Source: Selaginella moellendorffii (Eukaryota; Plantae; Lycopodiophyta). From it: 64,000 nt of DNA. Under the pieces are notes generated by a model. The model searched no databases and was not told the origin of the DNA. It saw nothing but the letters and a program-made list of their open reading frames with translations. Each line of letters begins with the position of its first letter. Position 1 is the stretch's first letter. This document shows, one piece after another, positions 38,001 through 49,757 of this stretch. Where the stretch lies: positions 117,144 through 181,143 of the forward strand of contig NW_003314272.1 of assembly GCF_000143415.4 (NCBI RefSeq). Reading direction: 5' to 3'. The position numbers and the translations under genes were made by a program.

Positions 38001-39888
38001 CAAATATGCTTAGTAAGAAACATATAGTAACTAAAAAGAATAACTTGAGAGATGATCTATTAGAAAAAAAGAGCTTATAAATAAGAGTGCACACTTTTTT
38101 CCAATTGGTTAATAGTCTTGGGATATTTGAGGTTAAATGTCCTTGGGTTTAAGTAATATTGAGTTAAATATCCTTTATTTGCATGTTAGCATTTGGCAGT
38201 TTATTGAGGGATGAGGGGAAAAGAAATTTCTAGGCAAGGGACACATGGAACCCCATCCAATATTACACTACAAGACCAATATTGTTATATTCTTGAGCTT
38301 TACCAATGTAGCGCATATGATCATGGGATGAGATTTGGATATACTGTCACCGTGGATCCTTGGAACCTTGGGAGATAAATAGGGATAAAATAGCCACTAA
38401 GGGCTCTCTCATCAAGCAATTGCCCCTTTTCCAGTTGGCTTAAGGGGAGAGAGATAAGGTGCACTACAACCAATCACCCCTTCATGCAAGAAAAAAGGAA
38501 TAAGTAATTACACTATAAGGCTATATTCTTAAGGTTTACCAATTGTAAGAAAAAGGAATAAGTGTAAAACATGATAAAAAGCTGAAAGTCATTTAATACT
38601 TTATCTTTGATATGGTCCACAAGCTAGCACTAAACTAAAAATATAAATAAGAAGACCTTAAAATAAAAAATTCTGTGAGTGCCACTATAAGTTATTGCCA
38701 AGATCTAGGTAGTCTTCCTCATGTTGTAGCTTCTACATCATGAATCCTCCACCTCAAACTTGCCATATCTATTATAGCAATGTTTGGTCATGGTTGTTAG
38801 ACCTCTAAACTAGCATCTCACTATGGCTGTAGCAATATCATGGTAGCTATGATCGTGAAGCAAGAAATGCCGTACTTGCTATGGTAAAAAGTGCTATGGC
38901 TAAATATACCATACATTGTTATAGAAAATATATTATCATTGTAAATCCTTAAAATATCAAAGGATAAATAAGGATAAGATAGCGACTTGTCTAAAAAGTA
39001 CAGAGATAAAGTGTGCTACACTAAGCATTAATTATAACCAAAGTGGTACATGCAATCAAGAAAGAAGCAACATTGAAAAACCTAGTTAAGATGCATTTTG
39101 CTCTTGCAATGACCAAGACTCATAAGCTTAGCTAAATCTCAAAACATAAAAATCATTAAGTGTTGCTTTCATATGAAATATGAACTTATGAACATACATA
39201 TCCTAACATTAGGAAGATAGTGTGAGACACAAATCCTTAAGCCCCAACAAGTGTAACACGTTTAGACCAAAAGCTCTGTTTTGGAAAGTTGAAAGTGGGA
39301 ATAGAACTCCAAACGAAGTGCTTGAGGGATAAATGAGCCTTTAGAAAGGGACATAAGAAGGATTAACACATAGCAAGTGTTATAACACATAGAAGTGTTG
39401 AGACTGAATTCAAGATGGAATTTGAAAAGGAGTATGAGGAGAGATGGAGTCTAAGATGAAATCTAAAAATCTAACAAGATAACATGTTTAAACCAAAAGC
39501 TCTGACTTGGAAGGTCGAGAGCAGGAGTGGAACTCCAAATGAAGTGTTTGAGGGATAAATGAGCCTTTAGAAAGGGATACAAGAAAGACTGACACATGGC
39601 AAGTGTCATGACACATAGAAGTGTCAGGCTGAACCTGAGATGGAGTTTAAGAAGGAGTTTAAAATGGAATCTAAAATGGAGTCTGATGGAGTCCGAGATA
39701 GAGGTTGATGTCGAGTTTGAGATGGAGACTGAGACTGGGTCCAAGACCAAGGCCGAGACCGAGGTTGAGATTGAGACCAAGACTAAGCTCAAGAATGAGA
39801 TTAAGATTAAGACCAAGATCGAGCCCAAGTTTGAATCTAAGTCCGAGTCTGAATATTAATATAGGTTGAGGGGAAAGCAAGGGGGGGG

Positions 39889-40294
39889 NNNNNNNNNNNN
39901 NNNNNNNNNNNNNNNNNNNNNNNNNNNNNNNNNNNNNNNNNNNNNNNNNNNNNNNNNNNNNNNNNNNNNNNNNNNNNNNNNNNNNNNNNNNNNNNNNNNN
40001 NNNNNNNNNNNNNNNNNNNNNNNNNNNNNNNNNNNNNNNNNNNNNNNNNNNNNNNNNNNNNNNNNNNNNNNNNNNNNNNNNNNNNNNNNNNNNNNNNNNN
40101 NNNNNNNNNNNNNNNNNNNNNNNNNNNNNNNNNNNNNNNNNNNNNNNNNNNNNNNNNNNNNNNNNNNNNNNNNNNNNNNNNNNNNNNNNNNNNNNNNNNN
40201 NNNNNNNNNNNNNNNNNNNNNNNNNNNNNNNNNNNNNNNNNNNNNNNNNNNNNNNNNNNNNNNNNNNNNNNNNNNNNNNNNNNNNNNNNNNNNN
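39889..40294. other. Assembly gap
   Basis: N run. Confidence 0.99.
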
Positions 40295-41651
40295 TTCCCA
40301 AGAGTATAGTAGGGAAAGTGTGAGTTGGATTTTAATAGAATTAATTTGGTCAAGAAAGGCTAATGTGACTTAAGAAGCTTACACCCACATGGTGGGTGAT
40401 GATATAACTATTGAAGAGTTTAAAGTTAGAGTGAATACAGATGGACAAAAGGGTAGTTTGGTGAAGTGTTCAAAAACCTATTTTAATTCCTTTGGAAGAT
40501 AAAATGGTCAATGCTCTCTATGGGTGGCATTACTTACTTGGATATCTAATGTGACTTATTGAAACCTCACTCTAACTATATGGTTAAGGCACCTAAGGGC
40601 AGAAGGTGGGAGAGTACCCACGAGGCTTGTGTAGGGTTGCAATGTTTCAAAGTGTCATCCTAAAGTCCCAGACTGGCCTTTGGGCCTTAACTCTATGGCA
40701 GTGGGTGAGATGCAAATCCCTAAGCCCCAAAGTGGAGTTGAAAGGGTGCCACATGGTAGTGGCTGAAGCGAAAACCAAACGAGCGTAACACGTTTGGACT
40801 AAAAGCTCCGACTTGAAAGGTCTCGGACCATCTCGGACCCGAAATGGAGTCTGATGTCAAGACCGAGACCGGGACAAAAACCGAGATCGGGACCGAGACC
40901 GGGACCGAGACTAGGACTGAGACCGAGACTGAGGCCAAGGCCGAGACTGAGCCCGAGCCCGAGTCTGAGTCCGAGTCCGAGTCCGAGTCTGAGTGCAAGT
41001 CTGAGAGGGTGAAAGCCCAAAGCATTTGTCTCCCAGACTCTGGGGGGTTTGGTGAGCTCCAAAAGTATAGTAGGGGGAGGACTGCAGTGGAGCCAGTTTG
41101 GCCAGGAAAGGCCAATTTGGCCCAGGAAGGCTGTACCCAGTGTTGGGTGATGAGTTGCCCACTGGGAAGTCCAAAACTAAAGTGAACACGGACTAACAAG
41201 TGGGGTAGCTTGGTGAAGTGTTCAAGAGTCGGCTCTAGTTCCCCCGGGAGATCGACTGGCCGATGCTCCCAATCCAAGTATGGGTGGCACTACCTACTTG
41301 GATACTAGGCGTGGCTCAATGAAACCTCGCTCTAAGCCCATGGCTAGAGCACCTAAAGGCAGAAAGCAGGAAGAGTACCCACGAGGCCCACGTAGGGCCA
41401 CGGTGTTCCGAAATGTTGTCCCAAAGTCCCAATCTGTGGAAAGGAAGAAGAGTAGCCCTCTGGTGTGGTGACTAAAGACACAGTCACACAGTGAGGAAGT
41501 CCTAGAGGACAGTGGGACTTAGTAGTCGGGCATGTGAGCCTTGACCCAGTGGCAGTGCAACAATCAAGGATAAGAGCAAAAGACTAGTGGCTAATAAAAA
41601 AGCCATGGGAATCATGGGAAAGAATCCAAATGGCAAAGTTAGAGTTTACAG

Positions 41652-41683
41652 TTTAGGTTAGGGTTTAGGGTTTAGGGTTTAGG
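41652..41683 (+). repeat. Short interstitial telomere-type repeat
   Basis: TTTAGG TTAGGG TTTAGGG TTTAGGG TTTAGG. Confidence 0.75.
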
Positions 41684-42363
41684 CTTCCAAATCCAAATGG
41701 TAAAGTTAGGCCGAGAACACTAATGTGTTGGGTGCTAACAGATTGTGGGAAGGGCAATATTTCCCCAAGGATGGATTCCCAACTTCTCCAATTTGGCGAA
41801 AGTGGATGCTCTAAAGGGGGGAGCGGTAAGGTAGCCAAATAATAGGCCATGGGCAGCCCTAGCACCAATTATGATAACTGGAACTTAGTGCCCAAAGGTG
41901 GCACGATATCGAAGAAAGGATGATGGTACCCTCAAGTAAAGAACTTTCTAGGATAGGGAAGTGGAGTTGCACCATGTGCAACGTAAGGTGTCGGGGACAC
42001 CTAAGAAATTGACTCAGAGAAGTCAAGATTAAAAGTTCCAAAGTGCAAAGGTTATGTCAATGGAATCTGAGATTACTCGAGAATGAGTAGTAGAATTGAG
42101 TTAGAGAGGGTGTCTCTAACGGGTTTAGTAAGAACTGAACCAATAAAAGGGAGTAAACCACCCTAGGTGGTCGAGTGAGTCTCTATGTTGGAGAGACTAC
42201 GCTCCTTAGAGGATGGACAAGGCATGGTGTGCCTTCGGGGTCAAACCATAGACAAATATTGGCTGGGTGCCAAGGATGGAAATGGTAATACTTGTGGGTA
42301 TTACTTTATAAAAGGGTTTACCGTTCGATGAGGACATCGAACTTTGTCTATAGGTGGTGGAGT

Positions 42364-44119
42364 TGTGAGACACAAAATCCCTAGGCCACAAAGTGGAGCC
42401 GGAAGGGCGCCATGTGGTAGTGGCCGAAGCAAAAGCCAAACAAGCGTAACACATTTGGACTAAAAGCTCTGACTTGATAAGTCAAGAGCGGGAATGGAAC
42501 TCCCAACAAAGTGCTCGAGGAATGAGCATGAAGCGAGCAATAAGCAAAGCTCTAAAAAAGGGACCCAAAAGGACAAACACATGACACGTGGGAGTGCCTA
42601 AGATGGAGTCCAAGATGGACCCGAGATGGAGTCCGAGAAGGAGTCTGAGATGGAGTCCGAGATGGACCCCAGATGGAGTCTGAGATGGTCCGAGACGGAG
42701 TCCGAGAAGGACCAAGATGGAGTCCGAGATGGACCGAGACAGAGTATGAGATGGACCCAGATGGAGTCCGAGAAGGAGTCCGAGATGGAGTCTGAGATGG
42801 ACCCAAGATGGAGTCTGAGATGGACCGAGACGGAGTCCGAGATGGACCAAGACGGAGTCCAAGATGGAGTCTGAGATGGACCGAGATAGAGTCCGAGATG
42901 GAGTCCGAGATGGACCCAAGATGGAGTCCAAGATGGACCGAGACGGAGTCCGAGATGGAGTCCGAAAAGGACCCAAGTTGGAGTCTGACGTCAAGACCGA
43001 GACCGGGACCGAGACTGAGACCGGGACCGAGACTGGGACCAAGACCGAGACCGAGGCCAAGGCCGAGATCGAGCCCGAGCCCGAGTCCGAGTCCGAGTCC
43101 GAGTCCGAGTCTAAGTCCAAGTCTAAGTGCGAGTCTGAGAGGGTGAAAGCCCAAAACATTTGTCTCCCAGACCCTAGGGGGTTTAGTGAGCTCCAAAAGT
43201 ATAGTAGGGGGAGGACTGCAATGGAGCCAGTTTGGCCAGGAAAGGCCAATTTGGCCTAGGAAGGCTGTACTTAGTGTTGGGTGATGAGTTGCCCACTAGG
43301 AAGTCCAAGACTAGAGTGAATACGGATTGACAAGCGGGGTAGCTTGGTGAAGTGTTCAAGAGTCGGCTCTAGTTCCCCTGGGAGATCAACTGGCCGATGC
43401 TCCCAATCCAAGTGTGGGTGGCACTACCTACTTGGATACCAAGCGTGGCTTAACGGAACCTCGCTCTAAGCCCATGGCTAGAGCACCTAAAGGTGGAAAG
43501 CAGGAAGAGTACCCACGAGGCCCGCGTCCGAAATGTTGTCCCAAAGTCCCAATCTGTGGAAAGGAAGAGGAGTAGCCCTTTGGTGTGGTGACCAAGGACA
43601 CAGTCACACAGTGAGGAAGTCCTAGAGGACAGTGGGATTTAGTGGTCGGGCCTGTGGGCCTTGATCCAGTGGCTGTGTTGCGAATATGGCCAAGGACAAA
43701 AAAGGACTTGGTGGAGACCGGAATGAAGATATTGGGGAAGGTTATTCCCCATGTCTGCAGGCATCCTAAGGATGCTAAGGAGTGGATTTGGGATGACCAC
43801 TCATGGGCGAATGGCCTAGTTTTGGAGAGATGGGATTGCAAGGTAGGTGGCATTAGACCATTGATGTGACCAAGGTGAATGAGCGTGGCCTAGTGTAACG
43901 GGCTCATATGTCGGTGGTACCGTGGGGTGTTGGTCATAGGATCGGACACGTGGAACACTTGGACCAAGTGCAAAGGTTGAGTGGCATAGATGCCATTCTT
44001 GGGGCTAGCAAGCCCCAAGTCTTGAATGGGACTTATGGAGGTTGTGAATGAGACTCCTCCAAGTGGTCAGAGGTGTGGTTAAGTGACTAAAGTAGAATGG
44101 AAAAATTTAGTTGCTTACA
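42364..44119 (+). mobile_element. Innermost complete LTR copy, no matching TSD
   Basis: TGTGAGAC...GCTTACA; flanks GGAGT and CTGGG differ. Confidence 0.85.
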
Positions 44120-45050
44120 CTGGGATGACCACTCGTGGACAGATAACCCAGTTTGTGAAAGACGGGATTGTGGTGCAAGTGGTGTTGGACCACCGGTGTA
44201 ACCAAGGGGAATGGGCATGGCCTTAGTGTAACGGGCTGGTATGTTAGTGGTACTTTGGGGTTTCGGTCATGGGACTAGACACGTGGAGCACTTGGACCAA
44301 GTGCAAAGGTTGAGTGGCATAGGGGCCATTCTTGGGACTAACAAGTTCCTAAGTCCGGAATAGGATTTAAGGAGGTTGTGAGTGAGACTCCTCTAAGTGA
44401 TCAAAAGTGTGGCTAAATGATTAAAGTAGAATGGAAAAATTAGTTGTTTACATAGTGTTGGCAAGCATTGCTGTGAACAAAATGAGACTTAATGAGGACT
44501 AAAGAAGGGATATTAGGGAAGAGTGTTCTCATATCTCCAAGCATCCTAAGGGTTATCAAGGGATAACCATTCATAGACGGATGGCCTAGTCCATAGGAGA
44601 TGGGTTTGTAGTATAGGTGGTCTTGGACTACCATGAAACGAAAGTGTGGATATAGCCTTAGTGTAATGGGTTGATCTATTTATAATATCTTTGTGTGTTT
44701 GTTTTAGGATTAGACATGTAAAGCATTTGGACCAAGTATAAAGGTAAAGTGGTATAGAGGCCATTCACGGGAGTATTAAGTTCTCAAGTTAGAAATAGAA
44801 TTTATGGAGGTTGTGAGTGAGACTTTTCCAAGTGGTCAAAGGTGTGATTAAGTGATTAAAGTATAATGGAAAAATTAGTTGCTTACAGTTAAAATCACTT
44901 CAATCAAAATTTCAAGATCACTTAATAATTTAAGATAAGAACAAGATCAACAAATGAATTAATGCCCAATACATACAATTTCAATTTTAGAGGTAAAAAT
45001 ATACCTTACTCAAAGGTATATTATAATTTAAATAACTTGTGCCATTTGCT

Positions 45051-45246
45051 TTGATACCATATGTAATGCAGCTTATCTCTCTCATTTTAACCCAACTAAT
45101 AAAGGGATAATCACTTTATAAGAAAAACTATTTTATCCCTATTTATACCAAAGGGAAGGTCTAACAGTTTGCTGCTAAACTACCAATTAAATGCTGCACA
45201 ACTAATATTAATATATAACATTATAGTTATACACTTGGACCTCACA
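45051..45246 (-). mobile_element. Remnant LTR end plus iMet PBS of another family
   Basis: Minus strand ...TTACA TA TGGTATCAA; similar to 38370-38468 (opposite strand) and 36430-36483. Confidence 0.55.
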
Positions 45247-45569
45247 TAACTAGCTTTTTTTATTCAAATACAACACATTGTATTATTATACATTTCCATA
45301 TCTTTTTCTTTTCATCTCAAACCATATATTATATACAGCAATCCAATGCCTCTCAGTGTTTTGCAGTTACATCCAAGAACATGAAAGTATTTAAGATTAA
45401 CAAGCTCAAATTTTGTATCATTTTGGAGTGGAAAACCTGGCTAGCAAAACGTTCTGTTGGGACTCCTGCAAAATAAATTAAAGAATATTTGAGGTAACCT
45501 TACAGCAAAAAAAAACACTTTTTTTTGCAGCTATTCCTTAAACTTTCTAGTGGAAAGGCTGAAATGGCT

Positions 45570-45697
45570 GCGCATTTCTGATATTACTTGCTCAGCGAAC
45601 ATTATAACAAGTTGTTGATCAAAGTCAATACCTTCTACCTAAAGTAGTTTCCTGCATTTCGATGAACACCAACTTATGTTGCATAGCCTCCTGAATG
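45570..45697 (-). pseudogene. Deleted duplicate fragment of the XPD gene
   Basis: Blocks matching 47370-47715 (ACTTGCTCAG, AAGTCAATACCTTCT, ATGAACACCAACTTATGTTGCATA). Confidence 0.75.
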
Positions 45698-46856
45698 AAC
45701 TTGGAAAGAAAAGTAGCACCTGATATCTCGTTCCAGCACTCTAATTCTCGCAGCCAAGAATGCCAAGTTCTGTTCTCCAAGTCTGATGCCAGCAAAATTT
45801 CCTTGATTTCAAGGCTGTGAGCGTGTAGCGGAATTCTAATGTGTGTCTGGTGTGCATGCAACGAGGGTCGTAGAATTCGCCATCAGGCTAAGACTTCCCA
45901 GTGGAGGAAGTTGGTGTTGTGCCGTCAGTATTGAGTTGATATAATAGAGACTGGTTAGTTTGACTGCCACAAGCGTCGTTCTATAGATTGCAACGTACCC
46001 TTCGTTGGAAACCCCGAGAACATACGCCTTGGGTAGGACTTGGTATCCCACACGGCACCAGATGATACTATCCCCGTCCCTGTACATGATCACGTAACAG
46101 TCCTTGTCGTGCCGGTGTATGTCAGATCTCCTTACAACCCTAAGTATCTGTTTGCATTGTCAATCGGAACCCTCCACTGACAGAAGTGATGCTGTTGCCA
46201 CTACTAAGATACGATGCTGGAACTTTACCTCTCATGAAGCTACTCACCAGGGTCGTCATGTAGATCTAGCAGTCGTGCCTATCATCGTCAACATGTGGCT
46301 TGAATCTATCCCAAATCTACTCTTTGATGACGAGGAGATCGGCATTGTTCTCGTCGGGCTCGGGCTCGAGCGTCTCGTGGCGAAGTCCAACGTATCGCAG
46401 TGCAATGGTTACCAATCCGTCCGACCCTGACCTCGTCCATAAATTCGATCACACGTCCCTTGCTGAGTTGACGACCTCGGTGGCTCCTAGCACACCCCCG
46501 ATAATGGAAAGCGTGACTCGAGCATAGACGTTCTGGCCCATGTTCTGGCCGAACTCCACATTAGCCGACAGATACTGCCTGAGGCGATCGACGAGAGTTG
46601 TGTACGGAAAGAGCATTGTAAAAAATCCTTCTCGTGACCAGGCGACGCTTGACAATGATGTATGGTGGAAGGACATAACGTACGCTTTGCAGGCTTCAAG
46701 AAGCCTCGCTCGCTCGCTTCCTTTCAAACCATTTGGTTTCTGTCCTGGTCCGCAGCCCCAACGTTTTTGCCTTGGGAAGAAAAGACTGACGTGAATACCA
46801 GTCAAAACATCAAAATAGACTGATACTAACAAGATCCGAAGAAACCTGGTTGGAAG

Positions 46857-49677
46857 CTAGAAGTTTGGCATCGCAGCCATCTTCTCCAGATCTTCTTGTG
46901 ACAGCAGTGTTGATTTGCTGACCTGAGGGTCTGATGGTTGAGCCATCCGCCGCAAAAACTGTAAAATGAAAAGCATTCAACCCACGCTTTGATAATATTT
47001 TCTGTACTTCTCGGGCAATGTGGACTGCCATATCAGTACTCAGGTTTAGGTGCTCTTCCCGTAGCTGAGATTGAATCCACTGCGGCAACTTGTTTCGTTT
47101 GTTAGGAAGGTTATACCTGTTTCAATGTCAACAAAATTAGAAAAAAGAAAAGGAAAAAAGAAAAAGAAACGACAGGGGATAACCTCTTGTCTGCAAATAT
47201 CATCATTCCGTAATCTGCTTTTGAGCGAATGACACGGCCTACGCATTGAGCAGCTTGTCTCTGGTACAGGTAAACGAATAAGCGGAGAACAGAACGTAAA
47301 GAACTTGCCACAGCATCGAAGGTGAGAAAGTCTCCCTCCTTTATCTGAAATGTATCTCGCAAATACTCCAGGCGCGCATTCAATATTCTGGGAATCGAAA
47401 AGAGGGAGATTCATCGTTTTGGATATGCGTGTACAACTTACTTGCTCAGTGTATACTGAAACGGCACCCCAAACATTATGACAAGGCGACCATAATGTCG
47501 ATCGAAGTCAATACCTTCTGCAACTTTCCCCCTACATAGAACAATGTTTTTGCCAAGTAAAAGATGCCAGAAAAGCTAACAAACCTAGCGACTGAGAAAA
47601 ATACGGCTCCACGGCCACAATCACAGGCTTGACGGAAGTTCTCCAAGGCCAAAGTAGTTTCAACATAGTCTTGCGTTTCTATGAACACCAACTTATGTTG
47701 CATAACCTCCTGAAACCAGCACTTGCACGTACAGGAATGCCAATAACCTGAAAAATCTCACCTGTAAGATTCCCATCTCATTCCAGCTGTTGATTATCCC
47801 GTCCATGTATGAATAACTTACAAAGAAACATACCACTCCATCCGGGACAGTGGCCACCATTTCGAGCAAGAGGCGTCCATAATTTCGGACCACACCAGGG
47901 TCGCTCCGCATATCAAACTTTGAACTCACCGGAAGTTGATCACTGTAAACAAGTCCTGTGAGATACTCACGACAGTGAAAACAAAATAGTACCTTCCTCG
48001 CGCGAGGATCATCGGACACAAGCAGTCCCTTGTTAGAGTCATTGTGAAACTGTGGATAATGACCGGGTTAAAGTTAAGCAACCGCGGGTAGAGATCGATG
48101 GGACTTAACGTTCCTGAAGTTATTACCACGGACTGAAAACGGTCAAACACGGGTTTGATGGCGAGAGACGCATCTAGACAGCTTAGCTGCAACCAAACAA
48201 ACCGAGGCGTTTGGTCCGAATGATCGGAAAAAAACGAAGCAGGAAAACACGTACTTGCAAGACTGGATCTGGAATATGAGGCATACGCTCGTCATAAGGT
48301 TCGATGATGATGGAGAAACCGCGAGTGTAGGTGCCAACGAGAGTAAGGAAGTTGCAGACGGTTTGTACATGCAGGAACTCGTCAATCTCGGTCACCTCCA
48401 GCGTCAGCAAAAGGGAGTGCAAGCGGTCGTAGCAAAACTTGAGCGCTTTCTGGTCCAGCCCCGCTGCAGTGCTCATCGTAGTCGTGAAAGAAACAGGACC
48501 CTCTTTCACTACCGTGTCCGTGTCCAGCCGCTCGCGGAGGTATTGTACCGCTCTCTGTAAAAACGCTACGAAGTGTTCTGCTCGTCGTATGTTCCCGGGC
48601 ACAGCCTCACGCAGAATGTCTTCTGGGAGAACGGGGTTGGCAAGCCAATTATCCGAACCTAAAGAACGAGCGAAGCAAGAAAGGAGCCTTTAGCAAACTT
48701 CGTTGTTTCCAACATTACCATGGAGATTTCCTTGCTGCGCCAGACCTTCTACGAGCCTGTTATACTCCTGCCGCAGACGGTTGGCATCGGTTTCCTTGAA
48801 TCTGGAAGACACGACAAGATAAACATGGTTTCACAGGGAAAAAACGGAAAAAGAAGAAAAACCTGGAGATGATTTGGTTGAGCTTGTGTATGTTCCTGCT
48901 GGCGCCATCGAGATTGTTTTGCCGCAAGTTGACGCTGAGCGCCTCGATGCAAACGTTGTCAATGTTATGAGCCTCGTCAAAGACGACGATGCACTCCTTT
49001 TGCATCTCCTTGGAGATGATCCCCGACACCTTGGGGTCGAGGAGGTACTGATAGTTGTACACCACCACATTCGCAAACTGGATCATCTGCCTGGCCAGAA
49101 AGTATGGACACCAGCCCCGCTGCCTGCCATACACTCGGAGGTCGTGAAGAGTGTAGACGCCGGGAGGCAATGGCTGCTCGCTGCCTTGCTTCTCATATCC
49201 CTGGTAGAAGGAGCACGTCTCAATGTCGAGGTTGGTCTCGGCGGCGGCTCTCACCCACGACGCCGTCAACTTTCGGCAGCCGGCGTCGACGCTCTCCCTG
49301 GAGGTCTCGCCGCTCACCACGGGATGGATGCACAGGTTCTTCCGGGAGCTCAAGCCCAGCGCCAGGATCTTGGCCCGGCTGCTGCCAATCTCCTTCTCCT
49401 GGTAGAGGTGGAGGCGGCGGAGCTCGTCCAGCACCTTCTCCATCTCGTGCACGGTGCGCGTGCAGTAGATGAGCTTGGCGAGCGAGGGATTGGCGAGCTG
49501 GTAGCTGGTGATGAGGGAGAGGAGCGTGATCGTCTTACCCGTGCCCGTCGGCATCTCCAGGAGGCAATGGCCGCGGGCGTCGAGCGCGTGCTTGAGCTCC
49601 ACCATGTACGCATACTGCTCGCGATAGATGAACTCATAGGGGAAGTAGACGGTGAGCCCCTCGATCACAAACTTCAT
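46857..49677 (-). CDS. UVH6: TFIIH helicase XPD/ERCC2
   Basis: [26 protein letters not shown], Fe-S Cys region, [34 protein letters not shown]. Confidence 0.97.
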
Positions 49678-49757
49678 AACTCTCAAGAACCCTAACAAAA
49701 ACCCCCCCTCTATTTACTGGAAAATTACATAACCGGCTCTATCTTCTTCTCTTGCTT

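Larger units (their letters stand above)
40704..44452 (+). mobile_element. LTR copy nested in the previous one, TSD CAGTG/TAGTG
   Basis: Starts GGTGAGATGCAAATCCC; interrupted at 41557; resumes at 44120 and ends TTTACA. Confidence 0.75.
39221..44887 (+). mobile_element. Old degenerate LTR copy (outermost of the nested set)
   Basis: TGTGAGAC at 39221; interrupted at 40703; resumes at 44453 and ends GCTTACA at 44887; AT-shifted. Confidence 0.75.

Noticed and set aside
36125-39220. AT-rich region with short ORFs
   Set aside because: Heavily decayed TE-derived DNA; no supportable gene.
39837-40353. ORFs made of X residues
   Set aside because: They span the N gap.
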